A program made the translations under genes and the position numbers. Below are positions 27,857 through 42,139 of a DNA stretch of 64,000 nucleotides, one piece after another. This DNA comes from Eledone cirrhosa (lineage: Eukaryota): NCBI GenBank assembly GCA_964016885.1, contig OZ024745.1, forward strand, positions 53,134,001-53,198,000, in the 5' to 3' direction. How positions within the stretch are numbered: position 1 is the first letter of the stretch; each line of letters begins with the position of its first letter. The notes beneath the pieces are model-generated. The model was not told the DNA's origin. It saw only the letters and a program-made list of their open reading frames with translations, and ran no database searches.

Positions 27857-30800
27857 CTGTGTGTGTGTGTGTGAGTGTATGTATCTCTGCATGCGTGTTT
27901 TATACGTTTGTGTGGTGAGTGTGTGTGTATTTATATATGTATTAAATGTGTATGTATGTTTGTATGTGTGTATGTATCTGCGTATTGTCCTACTTTTAAA
28001 TAGAACGTAGACAAAACAAACTACAATTTTAATATGTCGGCGTCTAAGAATAGAATAAAGAAATAAAAGTAGCAACACGGCTTCATATATAATATTCCAT
28101 TTAGCAATGCTTGTGAATGCGTTTGTATGGGTTTGTCTGTCTTTGCGCGTACGTATGTGTATATTCGACTTGTGTATGTGTGTTTGTTTGTACGTCATTC
28201 TGTGTGACTATAGCAAGGTGTGTATATATGTGTGTCTCATAAAAATCTTTAGAGGCAACGAATCATTGAAATCTATGTGACTCGATCAATATTGTTTGTT
28301 TACAAAGACTTCTGCTTACAAATGAGACATAACTATTGAAAGAAATTAGGTAGGTATTCAAAACCAATACATTATAATGTAACCTGAATTTTTTAATGAT
28401 TCTTTCCATTTTCTTATGCTCTTTTCCGTCATTATAGATGTAGGAAGGATGTGTGTTTCGGTTTTGTTCGTTGGTCAGTAGGAAAGGCTTTTGGCTTCAT
28501 ATATTTACATTTATTTGTTTGATATATATATTTTTTGCTTTTATTTTGTAATTTTGGCGATGTTTTTTCTTTCATTTTCCACCTATTCTCGCCTGCATTG
28601 AAATTTCGTCACATCGTCTGCAAAGACTAAACTAAGACAACAATATTAGAAATTATATTTCTTTCTTTTAGAGCTTCGCTTCCTTTTGGCAACATATATC
28701 AAAACGCAATACTAGAAAATAAAAATTAAATGAAAATATGAATAATCTAATTAGACCAAATACGTTTTGATAAATCTTCTGATAAACAAACAATTATACA
28801 TGTTTCAAAACAGCAATTAGTTTCCATCAATAAATTTTCAGAAAAATAAAATTTTAAAGCAAATATCGAAACCGGAGATTCGTATCTTTTATTTGTGTAT
28901 TCAATATATTTTTGTATGTTTGGTTTTGTTATCTAATTTCTTCTAATCGTGAGTTTTTCTTCAATTATAACAAAAGGAAAATTGAAGAAACATATAGATT
29001 TCATTGATAGTTGTAGATTGCTTGCTTTAAGCAGAGGTTGTTTATTATTTTCTTTACTCAAAATTTAGAAACTAAAACATTTTGGAGTGTTGATAAAATA
29101 AGCAGTCCTATTAACTACATTAGTGCTTTGAAAATCAATTAACGAAAGCAATTATTTTAGGTGTTCAAATATCATAGAAATATAGCTAAAATGTATGGCG
29201 GGAAACGAAGTGTGAAGAACATAGTGGACAGTTAAAAGACCTCTTATAGTAGATTACTAGACCATATGCTATAAATATCAACATTTGATTCAGAATAGCA
29301 CGGTATATTATTTTACTTCAATTACTAACGATTTAATCCAAATGAATATGAGACAGATAGCATGTACACACACACTCGCACACACACACACATACACACA
29401 CACATGCACACACACATACACACACATATATATATATATACTTTTCTATTATATCATATTATATATATAATTATGCATTATATGATATATATGTGTGTGT
29501 GTGTGTGTGTTGAGTGTTGGTTATTTCGTTTCAAAAATATTTATATATCTAGGCGCTTCTTTATCTCAGAAATACCCAATTATTTACAATTCCACAATGT
29601 TTCATTAATAGATTTTAAACAATAACAAAGAATGCGTTCATGTACGCACGTACATTTTTATGTATGTATGTATGTTTGTATGTATTTTTTTATGTGTGTA
29701 TGTATTTATGCATATTGCTCAATGTACTTTCAGAATCTTATGAACGTTCAGCATTTTTTCAGCTTTTAAATATAGAATACTAATGTGTTTTTAAAATGCA
29801 CGTGTGAAGGAGTACATGACATTTACTGCTCTATTTTTAAAAAAAAGACAAATAATCTTGAACGCCTCTGCAAAATGTCCTTGCGTATATTTCAATTTCC
29901 ATTCTGTACTTTTTCTTTCAGCTGTTGAATTATTTGCAAGGGTATTACAATCCAGGATTTAATTATGTCAGAGCAACGTGATTGCATCCTATCACAGAAA
30001 ATATTTCATGTCTAAATCAATGATATTTATCAAAACAGTTTTTAATTGTATATTTTGCTATTCTTAAAGAGAAGATATTTACGTATGCAAACTATATATT
30101 ATTTTAAACAATGCCACAAGTAAATATTATTCTTTGAATCATCTATACGTTATAAAACCGACGATGATATATGAATGCTCGACTTTATGCTAGAAATAAG
30201 TAGCACTCCTAAATTCAGCTAATCACGTAATGTTACGAGCTTAGTTATATCTACTATTTTCCAAGGATAGTATATTCTTCACGACGAAGTAATTGTGATC
30301 AAAATAATTCATGTCTATATCCGATTTTAGCGATGATAGCTTGATGGATAACTCTTACTGGGTTTTAACTCAGAAGTCAAGAGAGTCAAGCGTGGTATTA
30401 TAAAACATTTAGTAAAAATGTTACAGTCAACTTTGGTTTCACGTTTAACAACGCTATTCATTCCACGCAACATAACAATATCCAAATTATATTATAGCAA
30501 TCATGATGATGATGAGTATTTATGATCCTTTGAAATGGTTGTTGTTGTTTAGTCACACGTTAGCCTTTATTTACCAAACCTATCATCAAAGAATTATTTC
30601 TTAACTATAACAACGTTACACACATAATTTATTGCATACTACTTTATTCAACATATAGTGCTTCTTTTATATACGGCATTGTGGTAGATGGGAGAATTAC
30701 CGCTATACTTCTCACCGTACATCCATGAAGACTTCATTATTGACTCAAATTAACTGGATTAGTTTGAGAAATAGTTTCATTATTATTATCCGTGACATTG

Positions 30801-32229
30801 CATTGATATACATTATAATCAAATGGTAATTGAGTAACGTTAAATTATATTTCAAGAGGCGGATTTAAAGAATATATTCTCATAATATTGGAATTAGTTT
30901 GATATTTTATGGAAATACAGTATTGTGTTTACGATCAACAACTTCTTTAACGATATTCCCATTCATTTTGATATTAAAGAAAGGGAAATAAAACATACGT
31001 ATCGAATATTGGTAATTCCGCATAATAAATATTACTTTTATCTGCTTTCATACTCTTATTATTATTCAGAGTGTGTATATGAAAATAGGAATTTGTTTTC
31101 TTCTGTTTAAGTATTATCTGCCATCGTGTTATCTGTATGGCTTCCTTAAGATTCTTCAATGATAACTTAGAAATGCTTTTTCTTAGATTCCATTTTTACT
31201 TTGACCGTTTAATTTTCTATAATTGATTTTCAAATTTCTTATATTTTTTTATTTCAATTGCTTTATTTTTTATTTTTATTGCGATTAAAAAATGCTGAAA
31301 GGTGGAAGACATTGCGATAATTTATAACTATAGATGATATGCTAAGGCTATAAACATAATTCCCATTCACAATGAACATAGGATATTGAATATTGAGTTA
31401 TAAGAGCAGAGACATACTAAAAATGAAAATGTTATATATAATATGATTTCGTAGTTTTAAAAAAGGTATCAGTGTATATTAAATCAATTGTAGACTGTAA
31501 ACTTAACTTAAATATCTTATAAAGAAGAAGCGCTGGTTGCTCGTTTCAGCATATTATGAATTAGACTATTGTATTCAATTTATAGCGAAGTGATAGACAA
31601 CCCACATTGTAAATAGAATATCTGAAAGATTTTCAAGGAATAATACGTCAAAGTAGGTCACTCAATTTCTTTCAATTGTATTATAGAAAGCAATTAACAC
31701 AGTATTGCAAAGGCAAAAAAATATATCAAATGAATTAGGAAAACTTTCATAACTTACAATAGTTGTTTCGCTTCACGGTACATACTAACATTTAGGTCAA
31801 TCTTTTTAGCAAATCTCTGACCAAAATCTTGTTCATCATGTCATTTTTCGCAGGTAAAATATTTATAGGATGACATTATATGTACTATAAATTTTTTGTT
31901 TCAGATGTCAGAGAGACATTTGAATCGAATAAAACTGCTTTATCTAACAGATCAAGTAGAGGATCGATTATTTTTTACTTGGTTGTCCTCTAAATGGACA
32001 AGAGCAGGACATGTTTATTGGTGTTCGGAACATGGACAATACAGCCGAGTATTATATGAATCTACGACAAACTAATTGTTTTCAATTTGTCTTTGCAACT
32101 GCCAAGTTGTAATATTTTCTAGTGCGGCATATAAATTATCTCACATTAATATAAATTGTGTGATGATGAAGGATTTACTAATATGAATGTGCCGAACAGC
32201 AAACAGGAGAGAAATGGTGGTATAGTATT

Positions 32230-32640
32230 GTAGTAATTACAGGAAATTCTTGAACATCGGGATACCGGGAAAAATTATGGAAAAAGATCCCGAAGACTTT
32301 CTTCAAAACCAGTTCAAGAATGTGATGGCCTAAGCCAAACACAAAAGCGATATTTTCAGAGCTGCTTTAATTTTCGTGCTGGTTCATTGGTGAATGTCGA
32401 TGTAACTGCTGGTGGTGTTGAAAGACATATCAGTTATTACATCCTCAATTTTGAGCCCTTGAATTTCCTTCAAAACGACTTCAGTGATTAGTTGTCCGGT
32501 TCTATCATCTTTTGCAATCGGAATACCTAAGATCTCTTCCTTTCCATTTCCTGTAATTAAAACTGCAATCCAATATTCGAGTGTGTTGAATTGGGAAGCC
32601 AATAGTAATAATTCTGGATCCCAGTGTCTTGTCAACAACA
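32230..32640 (-). pseudogene. hAT-related (hATm-like) transposase fragment
   Basis: HWD.ELL...IAVLITGNGKEEILGIP...TG...MSFNTTSS and, further on, LLCLA..HHILELVLKKVF (decayed CRHH motif). Confidence 0.7.
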
Positions 32641-32837
32641 AGATGGTGGATAGAGAGAAGGAGAGACACAAAAGAAAAAAACACATTCACCGAGGAGGTC
32701 ATGAAATAACTTTGACAATATATAAACAATCATCCGGTTATCGAACTAACCAACCAGCCAGCCGGAAATGTATAATAAATTGAAGTGAAAACTAACAGAT
32801 GCGTGTATTTTTATTGGCAGCATGACTCTCCCAAAGT

Positions 32838-32903
<66 letters not shown>

Positions 32904-33059
32904 GTATATATATATATGTATATATATATATGTATATATATATATATGTTGTAATAGAATGAAACGAAATGTCATTTCTCACTCTTAGTACGGCACTTAC
33001 TTAAATGTAAGTATGTATGTATACGTACATTCATATATGTATATAGACGTACAGTAGCA

Positions 33060-33099
<40 letters not shown>

Positions 33100-33252
33100 C
33101 ATACAGGTACACATATATATATGTACGTATCAGTTTAGCGGACGTTTATTATAACGCCCGCCTTGTCCGTTTGTAAACAAACGGACAGCCTGATTTATGC
33201 CGTACGGTGTTAAGGCAACCACGTCACATGTTGTTCAACACTGACACAGGAA

Positions 33253-33293
33253 CGATGTACTAGTTTCAAGCTTCTTAGCTATCATCAGCACCG
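33253..33293 (-). ncRNA. Minimal type I hammerhead ribozyme
   Basis: CGGTG-CTGATGA-t AGCT aaga AGCT t-GAAA-C TA G-TA-CATCG: 5-bp stem I, palindromic ACTAGT stem III, GUA site. Confidence 0.85.
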
Positions 33294-33696
33294 TATACCC
33301 TTCTGCCAGATGGTTGAACGTTCGAAAGTATATACTTTCCTTATGATTAACGGCTGAGCAGCCTAATTTGCATATCGAGTGAGTTCAGTCGGCCAGGCGC
33401 ACCGAAAACGATAAGTTGTAATAGAATGAAACGAAATTCATTTCTCACTCTTAGTACGGCACTTACTTAAATGTAAGTATGTATGTATACGTACATACAT
33501 ATATGTATACAGACGTACAGTAGCATGCATATATATATATATACATACAGGTACGCATATATATATGTACGTATCAGTTTAGCGGACGTTTATTATAACG
33601 CCCGCTTTGTCCGTTTGTAAACAAACGGACAGCCTGATTTATGCCGTATGGTGTTAAGGCACCACGTCACCTTTTTGTTCAACACTGACACAGGAA

Positions 33697-33737
33697 TGAT
33701 GTACTAGTTTCAAGCTTCTTAGCTATCATCAGCACCG
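33697..33737 (-). ncRNA. Minimal type I hammerhead ribozyme (unit 2)
   Basis: Same as unit 1 except for the outermost stem I base. Confidence 0.85.
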
Positions 33738-33966
33738 TATACCCTTCTGCCAGATGGTTGAACGTTCGAAAGTATATACTTTCCTTATGAAAATTAACGG
33801 CTGAGCAGCCTAATTTGCATATCGAGTGAATTCAGTCGGCCAGGCGCACCAAAAACGATAAGTTGTAATAGAATGAAACGAAATTTCATTTCTCTGTATA
33901 CATATATGTATGTACGTATACATACATACTTACATTTATATATATATGTATATATATATGTATATG

Positions 33967-34055
<89 letters not shown>

Positions 34056-34076
34056 GTATATATATAGATATGTATA

Positions 34077-34185
<109 letters not shown>

Positions 34186-34211
34186 CTATATATATACATA
34201 TATATATATAC

Positions 34212-34258
<47 letters not shown>

Positions 34259-34271
34259 AACATATATATAC

Positions 34272-34337
<66 letters not shown>

Positions 34338-34344
34338 TTATATG

Positions 34345-34375
<31 letters not shown>

Positions 34376-34385
34376 TTATATGTAT

Positions 34386-34460
<75 letters not shown>

Positions 34461-34511
34461 CTATATATATATTTTTTTATTTTTTATTTTTTCTAGGGCA
34501 GGTAAAATTCC

Positions 34512-34547
<36 letters not shown>

Positions 34548-34672
34548 TGCTATATTGTTTTACTTTGGAAGAGTCTTGCTGCCAATAAAAATACACGCAT
34601 CTGTTAGTTTTCACTTCAATTTATTATACATTTCCGGTTGGCTGGTTGTATATATATATATCTATATATTAT

Positions 34673-34799
34673 CTTAGGGTTGTCGAGTGGGAAATAGGAA
34701 AAAGGTATGACCCCGACGGCAGAGCTCAAGCCGTTTCGACGGCTATTTCTGGACCTGAAACGACTTGAGCTCTGCCGTCGGGGTCATATTTGTTCCTAT
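34673..34799. repeat. Family 2 pLTR-like fold-back carrying HHR 3' halves
   Basis: GAAACGGC ttgagctct GCCGTC GGGGTC or a near copy on both strands. Related pieces lie at 12150-12365, 36385-36470 and 49056-49248. Confidence 0.7.
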
Positions 34800-34828
34800 A
34801 TATATATATATTTATATATATATATATA

Positions 34829-34869
<41 letters not shown>

Positions 34870-35206
34870 TGTAGTGCAAGTGAATTTCGTAAAAGAATTC
34901 GTTATATCCAAAGATGGTGTAGACTACGCAGTAAAAGGTACGAGTTGAAAAAATAAATTTGACGGATGAAAATGTTTATAACATAACCTAATCTGGTGTT
35001 TTAGAGACAGAGTGAAAGAGAACGAGAGAGAAATGGAAAGGGAAAGAGAGGGAGATTTATTAATAGATGACTTCATTATGCTAATATAGCTAAATATTGC
35101 AGCAGATGATTGTCAACACCGTGGGAGAGATATTTAATTACCATTTTCCTGTCAAAGTTAGCATAAATTAGATTTTACATGTCATTTGAACTTTATTTAT
35201 ATATAT

Positions 35207-35244
<38 letters not shown>

Positions 35245-35478
35245 TTTGTACAGATTAAAGACTAGGCAAAGAATCGGTATTTTCACCCTTTAACAGGATC
35301 TTCTGAAACAATATTTGCTCTATGGGTTTTATATATATATAGATATATTTTATATATATATATATGATATAATCCTTATCGAGCACTCTTCGGATTTTTT
35401 AGTCTTTACATTTATTATTACTATATATATATATATGTGTGTGTGTGTGTAAACAGAAATAACAAAATTAACAATGTA

Positions 35479-35539
<61 letters not shown>

Positions 35540-35543
<4 letters not shown>

Positions 35544-36366
35544 GACGTAAAATAAGAAAATTATAAAAATTAACTTACTTACTAAAATTTCACTCCAACT
35601 AATTAGTTTCTGAAAGGGAATAAACATGGTTTCCGAATGGAACACATGGAGAAGGCCTTTCGTCATCAGGAAGTCTATTCTCAGCTAAGTTCCCAGGCAA
35701 TGGATGGAAAAAAGCAAGGGTGGACTAAATTCCAAGACATTGAAAAAATCACTGCCTACTTGGTCGGTGGCAAATTCAAAAGAATCAATCACGTGACATC
35801 GTGGTTAATCAGTGAGGAGTGGGGTCTTAAGAAGACTGTAGCCGAACTATTACTATGAACTATAGTAGCAGTTTTGGCAAATTTTTGCTCAACAAAATAA
35901 TTCGGAGATAATTATAAAGAATTAGTATATCTACCAACATATATATACAGATGCGTACCTATGCTAGCAAATATATAGGTTTTGTCTTAGTAACTTTGTG
36001 GTTCAATGCAAGGGGATGCAGAACAATTATATGAAAGTCGTAAAATAAGAAAATTATAAAAATTAACCTACTAAAATTTCACTCCAACTAATTAGTTTCT
36101 GAAAGGGAATAAACATGGTTTCGACGAAAGGCCTTCTCCATGTGTTCTATTTGGAAACCATGTTTATTCCCTTTCAGAAACTATTTAGTTAGAGTGAAAT
36201 TTTAGTAAGTAAGTTAATTTTTATAATTTTCTTATTTTCCGTCTTTCATATAATTGTTCTGCATCCCCTTGCATTGAACCACAAAGTTACTAAGACAAAA
36301 CCTATATATTTGCTAGCATAGGTATGCATCTGTATATATATGTTGGTAGATATACTAATTCTTTAT
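35540..36366. repeat. Tandem plus inverted pLTR-like repeat
   Basis: 35540-35633 repeats at about 36032-36122. Segment 36123-36366 is the reverse complement of the 35912-36122 unit extended to match 35664. A CTGATGA..CGAA/TTCG..GAAA motif lies on - at about 35625-35670. Confidence 0.8.
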
Positions 36367-36471
36367 ATATATATATATATATAAAGAAGGAGGTGTGGTA
36401 AGGAACCAGATGGACCATAACGCACCAGAGTACTCAATACTTAGGGTAATATAGAGTGGGTTAAACTTTTT

Positions 36472-36519
<48 letters not shown>

Positions 36520-36524
<5 letters not shown>

Positions 36525-36728
36525 AATTATAAAATAAGAGGAAATTGTAGACACAAATATGTACCTAGTTTTTTCTTCAAAGTCCTGACTGTACAGTTTC
36601 GTTGATCCGTATGCAACAATTGTCTATTATAGATATGCACCATCGTTGTGAGGCCAATCAGCTTTGAAGAAAAAATAGGTATATATTTGTGGGTCTATTA
36701 TTTCCTCTTATTTTATAATTTGATATAT
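36520..36728. repeat. Short fold-back (arms ~62 bp) with an HHR 3' half in the spacer
   Basis: Arms 36520-36582 / 36661-36728. The minus strand reads GTTG..CAAC-GAAA-CTGTACAG-TC. Confidence 0.7.
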
Positions 36729-37484
36729 AGTTCTGATTATCGAGTCATTTTAATTATTCTGATTATTTTAGCTCTTTCGATCATCGAGCAGCACTGGTTA
36801 AGGTTGACACCACATACTCGCATACATGTGAAAAAATATACATATATATCTATATATGTATATGTGTATTTCATTATATATATATATATATATTGCAATT
36901 AATGGTTATTGGTAATTCTTATTTGTCTTGCTTGTTAGTATCGCTGACAAGCGTCGATCCATCAATGTTTCAAGCTGGCTACTTAACATCCTATTTACTC
37001 AGTCAGCAAGAAATGTAAGTAATCTTACGCACTCCGAAACGCAAATAACTTTAATGTATGTAAAGCTTTGCTTTAAATGATTGTTTATATGCTCTGCTAG
37101 ACTTTGAGTTGCCTAGTTCGTTCTTGTCTCAAAATAGTTACTCACTGGATAATAATAATGGCTGTTCGTTCAAATATTTTACCATTTACTGTTAGATGAT
37201 TGAAGCACGAAATTATGTCAATTCATATATAATGAGTGAAAATAAACTCTACACGCATGAAAACAATAAGACACATGCACAGGGTGATAGAATACAAAAG
37301 ATTGTCATTGACCTTATTCGTCTTAGCATTAATTTTCTGTATTAAACAAATATCGAACAGAAACCAAAATTGAATTACTCAACAAACAAAAGCATGGAAA
37401 AAGGAAATGAAGAGGAAATTAAATTAACAGTAACTAATAAATTATAGTTACGCTCGTTCTCTCCTCCTCTCTTTCTCTCCTCAT

Positions 37485-37571
<87 letters not shown>

Positions 37572-37715
37572 AACTTTCTCTGTAATTAGTAACTCAGTAT
37601 TCATATTTCTCATTGATGACATTGTTGTAAAAACAAAGAATATATGTATATAGATATTCGTGTGTATGAGGGAGAGAGGAAATGTGTGTGTGTGTGTGTG
37701 CGTGTGCGTGTGCGT

Positions 37716-37761
<46 letters not shown>

Positions 37762-38049
37762 GTGTGTTTATATATGTGTGCATGTGTATATCTGTTCGCA
37801 TGATTGCTAATTTTTTCATCGGTGTTGTTTTTGCTGGTATAAAAAGACAATTAAAAGGAAGAGTCTCATGTGAATCGAATTCCACGAAGCCTTTGTTTCC
37901 TCTTCCATTTAATTACCATATGCTACAACGTCTGAAAATATCCTTCGGTGAAATATGAAATCTGTTGAAACTAACGATGATCTACATTGAATGTTTGTAG
38001 CTTGCAGCCAAAGTAACAACACTAATTTCACTCTCCTTTCCTGTGTATT

Positions 38050-38260
38050 GTTAGAGTGTCAAGCGAAATTTTTTCCAATATTTATTCGGGTTCCTTTCTG
38101 AGTTCAAATTCCACCGAGGTCAAATTTTCCTCTCCTCATGCCAGTATCAACAAATCAAATTCCAGCCAAGGTTGTTGAACTGGTGGAATCGTTAGAGCAT
38201 CAGGCAAGGTGGATAATTACTTTCGTTTCGGCTCGTTTTGGTCTGAGTTAAAATCAAACC
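38050..38260 (+). mobile_element. Old degenerate SINE copies
   Basis: CTGAGTTCAAATTCCACCGAGGTCAA and TGGTGGAATCGTTAGAGC remnants. Confidence 0.55.
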
Positions 38261-39609
38261 GTGGCTCACTTGAGCAGTAGACTTAATCCATCGACATGTT
38301 TAACACCAACACTTGATAAGTAGGTGCCTTTACCGGATTTTATTCTGTTAATATTATCCGACCAGGTCTCCAATTTGAGCATACCACCCTAACTCTCTTT
38401 CCAGAATTGAGAAATCTCAGACGACTATAGGTATTATATTATTCTTCCAGATGTTGCAAGTTCATCATCTTTGGTTATTGATTTTTATTCTGCATATTCA
38501 AAATATGTTGCTGTGGAAAGCGTGTTTAATGTTTCCTCTTGTTCTTAATTTGAATGCCCGGTAATATTTTTCAAAGATTTTAATTTTGCATACAGGAAAT
38601 ATAAATTCAGTTTCGCCCCTGTAAAGCAGATTAACCAAAAGTATCAGAAAACTTTGTTTCCTGTTTGTAAACATGATATGATTTCATCCACAGTTAAATG
38701 TACTCTGTCTTTGCATCTAATCTTCTCTCATTCTTGAGACTTTTTCTGTCACTGTTCATTAGTGATACGCCTAGTGTACTCACAAGAATATCAGACAATC
38801 ATCACTTAATATACTGATTGGGAGAGGAAATACTGTATATATTTTGTCTAATGAGTCTTTGGACTTACTTTATATATATATATATATATTTATAATAAAC
38901 TTAAGAAAATTATCAAAGAGAAGACAAGGCAGCGAACGAAAACAAGGCAAAACGAAAAACGTATTCTTGAAGGGAAATCCTGAAACAAAATTGTTTTTAA
39001 AATAAATATACAAACGAAAGTCACAGAACCCTAGAATCTTCAGCTGTTGAGATGGACTTTGGCAGTTTCGACGATATCTTTCTTTCTTCTTATTGCCTTT
39101 TTTCTTCTTTTTTTCTTTTCTTTCTTTCCTTTTGTTTGTCTCATGAACGCCTTGTGTTATAAAAATCCCAATACATTCTCCCTGGTGCCATATAAAATTC
39201 TATTTGTACATGTTATAGCTAAATTGCTATAAGTTATTGTTTTGCCTTATCACTTAATCCATGGACAGCGACTTGGCTTGTATCAGCCGCTGTGACCCTG
39301 AGTGAACTAGCACTACCTTTGGTAGGGGTCAATACTGCCAAAGTACCTTTCATCGGCTAAGGACAATGGCGTTGTGTATCTTTCGTTTGTTGTCTTGTCC
39401 TCTCTTTTTTAATTATCTTAAGTTCATTATTACTAATCTGTCATATAAAATAATACAGCCGACTATCGACAGAATACAATATGGTTAGCACCCCAAACGT
39501 ATAATTAGGAATATACTTAGGTATTTCCTAGTGTTTGTTGAGTGAGATGGAAGTTGGTCGGAGTATCGCTAATAGCTTTCTCTGTTTATGTATTAAGTAT
39601 ATATGTATG

Positions 39610-39830
<221 letters not shown>

Positions 39831-42139
39831 ACACAGAAACACACATACATAGATATATAATAAATGACATACTATAATATGGAGTTGTGCCACTCATATT
39901 TTACAAGCTCAGTAGTTTCTAAGCTGTCGCTCCTTCTGCTATATATAGCAGCCTAATGCCCCACATACCAGACCCTACCGTAATCTTTATATGATGAACA
40001 TTGTGAATGAAGCACCACTGGATGAATAATGTATAAATGATAGACTCGATGACCATGCCTGGAATGATTTTGGCCATAGATCTGCGTATACAGAGCTGAC
40101 TTGAAACTTAACATTAACAATAATAAAACAAAAATAACATTTTGCATATATGTGAGCTTATATAAGTGCATGCGCCTTTACAACTGATCATGTTTAAACT
40201 AGTTTCGGAACTTCAAATTACTTCAAAGCATCTCATCAAAAGTAAGCGAAAATTGGATACTTAAAGTTTTGGTAGATTTCGTAAGGTAAGCAATGAAATA
40301 TATGAGGAAATATATTAGATATTATAACCATGAATAATGGTCGTTACTCTGACAGAAGGAAATGCAGCAGCTATAAATAATGATTTCTTACATTGGCACA
40401 AGTCCAAGTAGCCATAAATAACAATAGCCATAAATTAATAGCTGTATTGTATGTATATGACTTTTGCAGTTATATAAAATTGAAGTAAAGCTTTCAAATA
40501 GTAAGGATGCAATGAAGTTTAATGTTGTAGTAAATTTCTACCATTACAAATTTTGAATTCTTCATTCGTGGTATCAATTCACTTGATAGAGGAATTGCAT
40601 GTTCGAATGCATTATCTTACTCTTCAACCTTTCAGGCAACATTTTCTGAGTTATTTGTAAAACATTTCAAAGAGAAGTTTTCAGAGTGACTGTTTCAATG
40701 AAAGCTGAAATATTTCATTTTGTACTCCAACTAACTCACTGAAAACACTCAACGTTTAAGATGTATACATAAAACTCAACATATCTGCAGCGATTTATTT
40801 ACGAATATTCTTAATTATAGATTGCCTTATTTAAATTAAATCAAATATATAGTTGTTTTCTAATGAAGGTAAGATGTTAGCATGGTAATTATAAAGAAAA
40901 CTGTTTTATATCGTGGTGGCGAATTAGATGTTTCGGGAAAATGTCTTTCTCGCACAACAAATTACTACGGATGTAAAGCAAACGAAATAATACTGTGGGA
41001 AAGCAGTTGGTATATATAATAATTTAAACAATTCTAATCCACGTCTCTATCAATATAACACATAATGTTACCATCTACGCAATATTTCAACATTGAACCA
41101 TGTGAACACAACTCGTTAAAGAGACAGCCCCTAGAGATCTGAAAATAGCCCACAAGATGTATCAAATTTCGGGCACACGGGTTTATTTGACCAGAGACTA
41201 TATTACATGTGAATAAAGAAAGAAATAAGGTAGTTCTGCTCAGAGCAGAGAGATTGTATCCAATAGAGTACGTTTCATTACAAGCAAAGGTCAGTATATA
41301 TATGATATGAAGATTACCACTTCATAGCTACTCAACAGCCTGCAGATATGTTGCTTAAAACTATCTGAGTACCAGTATCACACTAAACTTCTTCGAATTA
41401 TTATTTTAGTTTATCCAGGAAATGCATTTAAGAATACATTACACCTGTACTGATAAATTTGGCAGATAATATTGTTGTAATTGAAAAAGCAATCCCCTAG
41501 TAAGAAGGTGATACGTCCTTCGGTTCCTGTAAAAAGTGGCCGTCTATTGTATATTAACATTTTCTATATGTCTTTTAGCACTAACATACATTTTAAATAT
41601 CAATCACCTGTCCTTCCACCAAGATCACCCAATCATTAAATCCTTTCATTTTATTTTCTTAAAAACGTGCTATCTGAAACACCAAGAGGTACTAACTAGG
41701 GATATTATAAAGGGAAATGCTCTACAGAATAAGGTATATTTACGTATAATTCATGAGACATTGAGATCCCTTCTATGAAAGCAAGGTTTTAACGTTTCCA
41801 GCAAGCAATTTTGTGAAAAGTTATGTTTATTGACAGAGAATATAAACAATTCTTTCAAATTAAAAATATAATTTAAAAGACATTTTAAGTTTTCTGCTCT
41901 TTTGAGTAGTATCTTATTAGCACAAGGATGAATTGGCGAATTCACAGTTCACCATTCAAGAAACTGTATTTCGTCTTTTCATAAACACACTGGACAATAA
42001 AACATTTATCAGACGGATAACAATTATTGGTTTAAAACCGTGTAAACATTATAATAATATAATACTTTCATATAAGGAAAAGTAATTACTTTTAGTTGAA
42101 ACATACATGCATATATATATACATACAAATATACATACA

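Larger units (their letters stand above)
32948..33935 (-). mobile_element. Tandem non-coding HHR-bearing repeat (candidate non-LTR retrozyme): units 32948-33414 and 33415-33861, partial 33862-33894, inverted piece 33895-33935
   Basis: Two near-identical direct units, one HHR each, no credible ORF, (TA)n flanks. Confidence 0.8.

Noticed and set aside
38890-39432. Degenerate inverted repeat
   Set aside because: The arms are short and diverged, with no further diagnostic motif.
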